64,000 bases of DNA from a virus. Its lineage: Duplodnaviria > Caudoviricetes. The notes beneath the pieces were generated by a model. That model made no database searches. It was not told the DNA's origin and was given only the letters and a program-made list of their open reading frames with translations. Position numbers and translations under genes: made by a program. This document shows positions 62,183 through 64,000 of this stretch, one piece after another. Within the stretch, counting starts at the first letter, position 1. Each line of letters opens with the position of its first letter. Location: the IMG/VR virus record IMGVR_UViG_3300037400_003374, positions 9,664-73,663 of that record, one strand, 5' to 3'.

Positions 62183-62363
62183 TGAATTGGCTAGCTTGAT
62201 TGCTTGGCGCGATGATGTTTCCTTTTCTGCGGCTTTGTCTGTTATTGAAAAGGCCGCAATATGTATACGAGAAGCGCTGGCGTATGGTGACTATACATCC
62301 GCTAGCGACTTCGTGGCCCATGAGTTAAAATTAGAACCGGCTTATTTAAGATTTTTTGCGTAA
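62169..62363 (+). CDS. Small hypothetical protein, paralog of 60864-61061
   Basis: Paralogy. Confidence 0.65.
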   Translation: MNQFDELASLIAWRDDVSFSAALSVIEKAAICIREALAYGDYTSASDFVAHELKLEPAYLRFFA

Positions 62364-62378
62364 AAGGAGTACTTGGTA

Positions 62379-62546
62379 ATGGTTGAAAATTTGTATACAA
62401 TTTTAGTAGGTGGAAGGACTGCGGCAGAGCATATGAATTTGGAAGATGCTTGCCTATTCATACAGGCTTTTATGGAAAAATATTTTGCTGAACCCGACTT
62501 AAGTATTGAATTAAAGAGGGAATCAAATACTGAAGATATGAAGTAA
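62379..62546 (+). CDS. 55-aa hypothetical protein (not in the ORF track)
   Basis: AGGAG RBS. Confidence 0.5.
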   Translation: MVENLYTILVGGRTAAEHMNLEDACLFIQAFMEKYFAEPDLSIELKRESNTEDMK

Positions 62547-62577
62547 GATTGCGTATTGTAAGGGAGGAGGTGAAAAT

Positions 62578-63192
62578 ATGAAGGTCAAAATCACTACCAA
62601 AGAGAATATGAATTTCTACTCTTGCCCGAAAAACGCTAAAATTGATATAGATTTGGAAGATTATATTGCATGTGTAGTTGCTTCAGAGATAGGTAATGCA
62701 CCATTAGAGGCATGTAAAGCACAGGCCATCGCCGCGCGTACCTTTGCGATTTCACGCGGGGTGCTAAGCGGAAAACCTATTTCTGATAGCGCAAGTGTCG
62801 CTTAGGCATTCCGAGCGACAAGAAATAATTACACGAACTGTATTCAGGCCGCTAAAGAGACTATGGCGGAAATCTTAACCTTTAATGACAAACCAATAAG
62901 CGCGGTTTATAGCGACTGTAATGGCGGTAGGACATATTCCAGTGAAGAAGTGTGGGGCAGCAGCAAACCGTATCTTGTTGTACAGAAGGACATGTGGGAT
63001 GATAGCTCTAAAAGAAATGGCCATGGCGTAGGTTTAAGTCAACGCGGAGCTATTAATGCCGCAAAGCAAGGAAAAACTTATAAGGAGATACTTAGTTTTT
63101 ATTATCCAGGCGCAAAGATTAAGCCATATCGTAGCGCAGTGCTTTCACGATTGCGCTCTGTTGTTAATAGGATACTAGAAAGGATAAAATGA
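62578..63192 (+). CDS. SpoIID/LytB-domain lytic transglycosylase-like protein (204 aa, one TAG read-through)
   Basis: VVASEIG, EACKAQAIAARTFA, DSASVA(Q)AF, GHGVGLSQ.GA...A..G..Y.EIL.FYYPG. Confidence 0.85.
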
Positions 63193-63617
63193 ATTATAAA
63201 CATTATTTGGAAATTGCAAGTGAATGCGCGAAAAATGCATCCTATAGTGGCGCGAATAAGGTAAAGTTGGGGTGCATAGCAGTGTACCATGGGGCAGTTC
63301 TTGCGAAAGGATGTAACATGGATAAAACGCATACCCAACAGGAGAAGTATCGGCACTTGCGCTATGACCCAAAGAAATTGAAAACATACTGCCCTTCTAA
63401 GTGTCATGCGGAAATCTCTACGCTTAATAAAATTAAGTATTTAGATATAGATTTTTCCAAGGTAGTCCTGGTAATTGCGCGAGAGCATCGCAATGGAGAT
63501 AGCGCGCTGGCGCGGCCTTGTCCTGCATGTCTTGCGGCGATCCGGGAACTAAAGATTAAAACAATTGTGTATTCTACGGAAGAAGGATATGCAGTTGAAT
63601 ACTTAAATAATTTTTGA
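63189..63617 (+). CDS. Zn-dependent cytidine/deoxycytidylate-deaminase-family protein
   Basis: HAE and PCPAC motifs. Confidence 0.85.
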   Translation: MNYKHYLEIASECAKNASYSGANKVKLGCIAVYHGAVLAKGCNMDKTHTQQEKYRHLRYDPKKLKTYCPSKCHAEISTLNKIKYLDIDFSKVVLVIAREHRNGDSALARPCPACLAAIRELKIKTIVYSTEEGYAVEYLNNF

Positions 63618-63727
63618 TTGATGAAAATGAAACCCCAAAAACCAATATAAAGTTTTCTTCTTTTATTTGAGGAAAAATGTCCAACGCCGCATGAGGCGTT
63701 ATTTTTTAATTTGGGAAAAAGGAGGTA

Positions 63728-64000
63728 ATGAGAATGGCTTTAGGATTGGATGATTATAAAAAGACCCCATGGGAAGCGGAAATGCCAATTACGCAAGATC
63801 GTATGAACAATCTAGAGGGAGGCGTGTATGTAAATAGGGAAGCGCTTAAACAACTAGATAGTGCCATTACTGAACAAGGTAATAATATAACTACATTAAG
63901 TACTAATGTTGATACAAAACTAAATTAGGACTAGGTAGATAATAGAATTACTCTTCAGCTTAGTAGTATTAGTTCAGATAGTAGAATGGGTAGAGATGCC
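63728..64000 (+). CDS. N-terminus of a probable fiber/virion protein (TAG read-through; runs off the window)
   Basis: YKKTPW...IT.DRMNNLEGG; GGAGG RBS; open to the window end if TAG=Gln. Confidence 0.55.

Overview
This window is part of a large tailed phage genome (siphovirus-like) that probably infects a Bacillota/Clostridia host, judged from AGGAGG-type RBSs, sigma-A promoters and a SpoIID-like lysin. It uses an alternative genetic code in which TAG is read as sense, most likely Gln (code 15). There are three parts. (1) 1-25.4 kb, minus strand: the morphogenesis operon. In transcription order it holds a putative regulator, a terminase-small-like gene, TerL, portal, protease/scaffold, a decoration protein, major capsid, neck proteins, tail tube plus a paralog, and a >3,600-aa tape measure protein. 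Many of these ORFs are continuous only if TAG is read through. (2) 25.4-49.5 kb: a divergently transcribed 'early/host-takeover' region of about 50 small genes and several gene-less structured RNAs. Here I found no TAG used as sense, and two genes end in TAG. The region is built from repeated cassettes: terminator, GTTAG-N6-CTAAC palindrome, GCCGGC, A/T tract, consensus TTGACA/TATAAT promoter, shared leader, gene. The cassettes diverge from a central lattice of about 33 palindromes (20-bp period in part) followed by four tandem DnaA boxes. The region also contains an Ala-identity tRNA-like RNA with a degenerate anticodon arm. (3) 49.6-64 kb: recoded again. It holds an SF2 helicase, HTH genes, a Rep-like gene with iterons, a ~1,630-aa adhesin/depolymerase-like protein, a Thg1-like protein, a SpoIID-like lysin with one TAG at a conserved Gln, and a Zn deaminase. 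All calls are by eye from sequence and motifs; no database searches were run.
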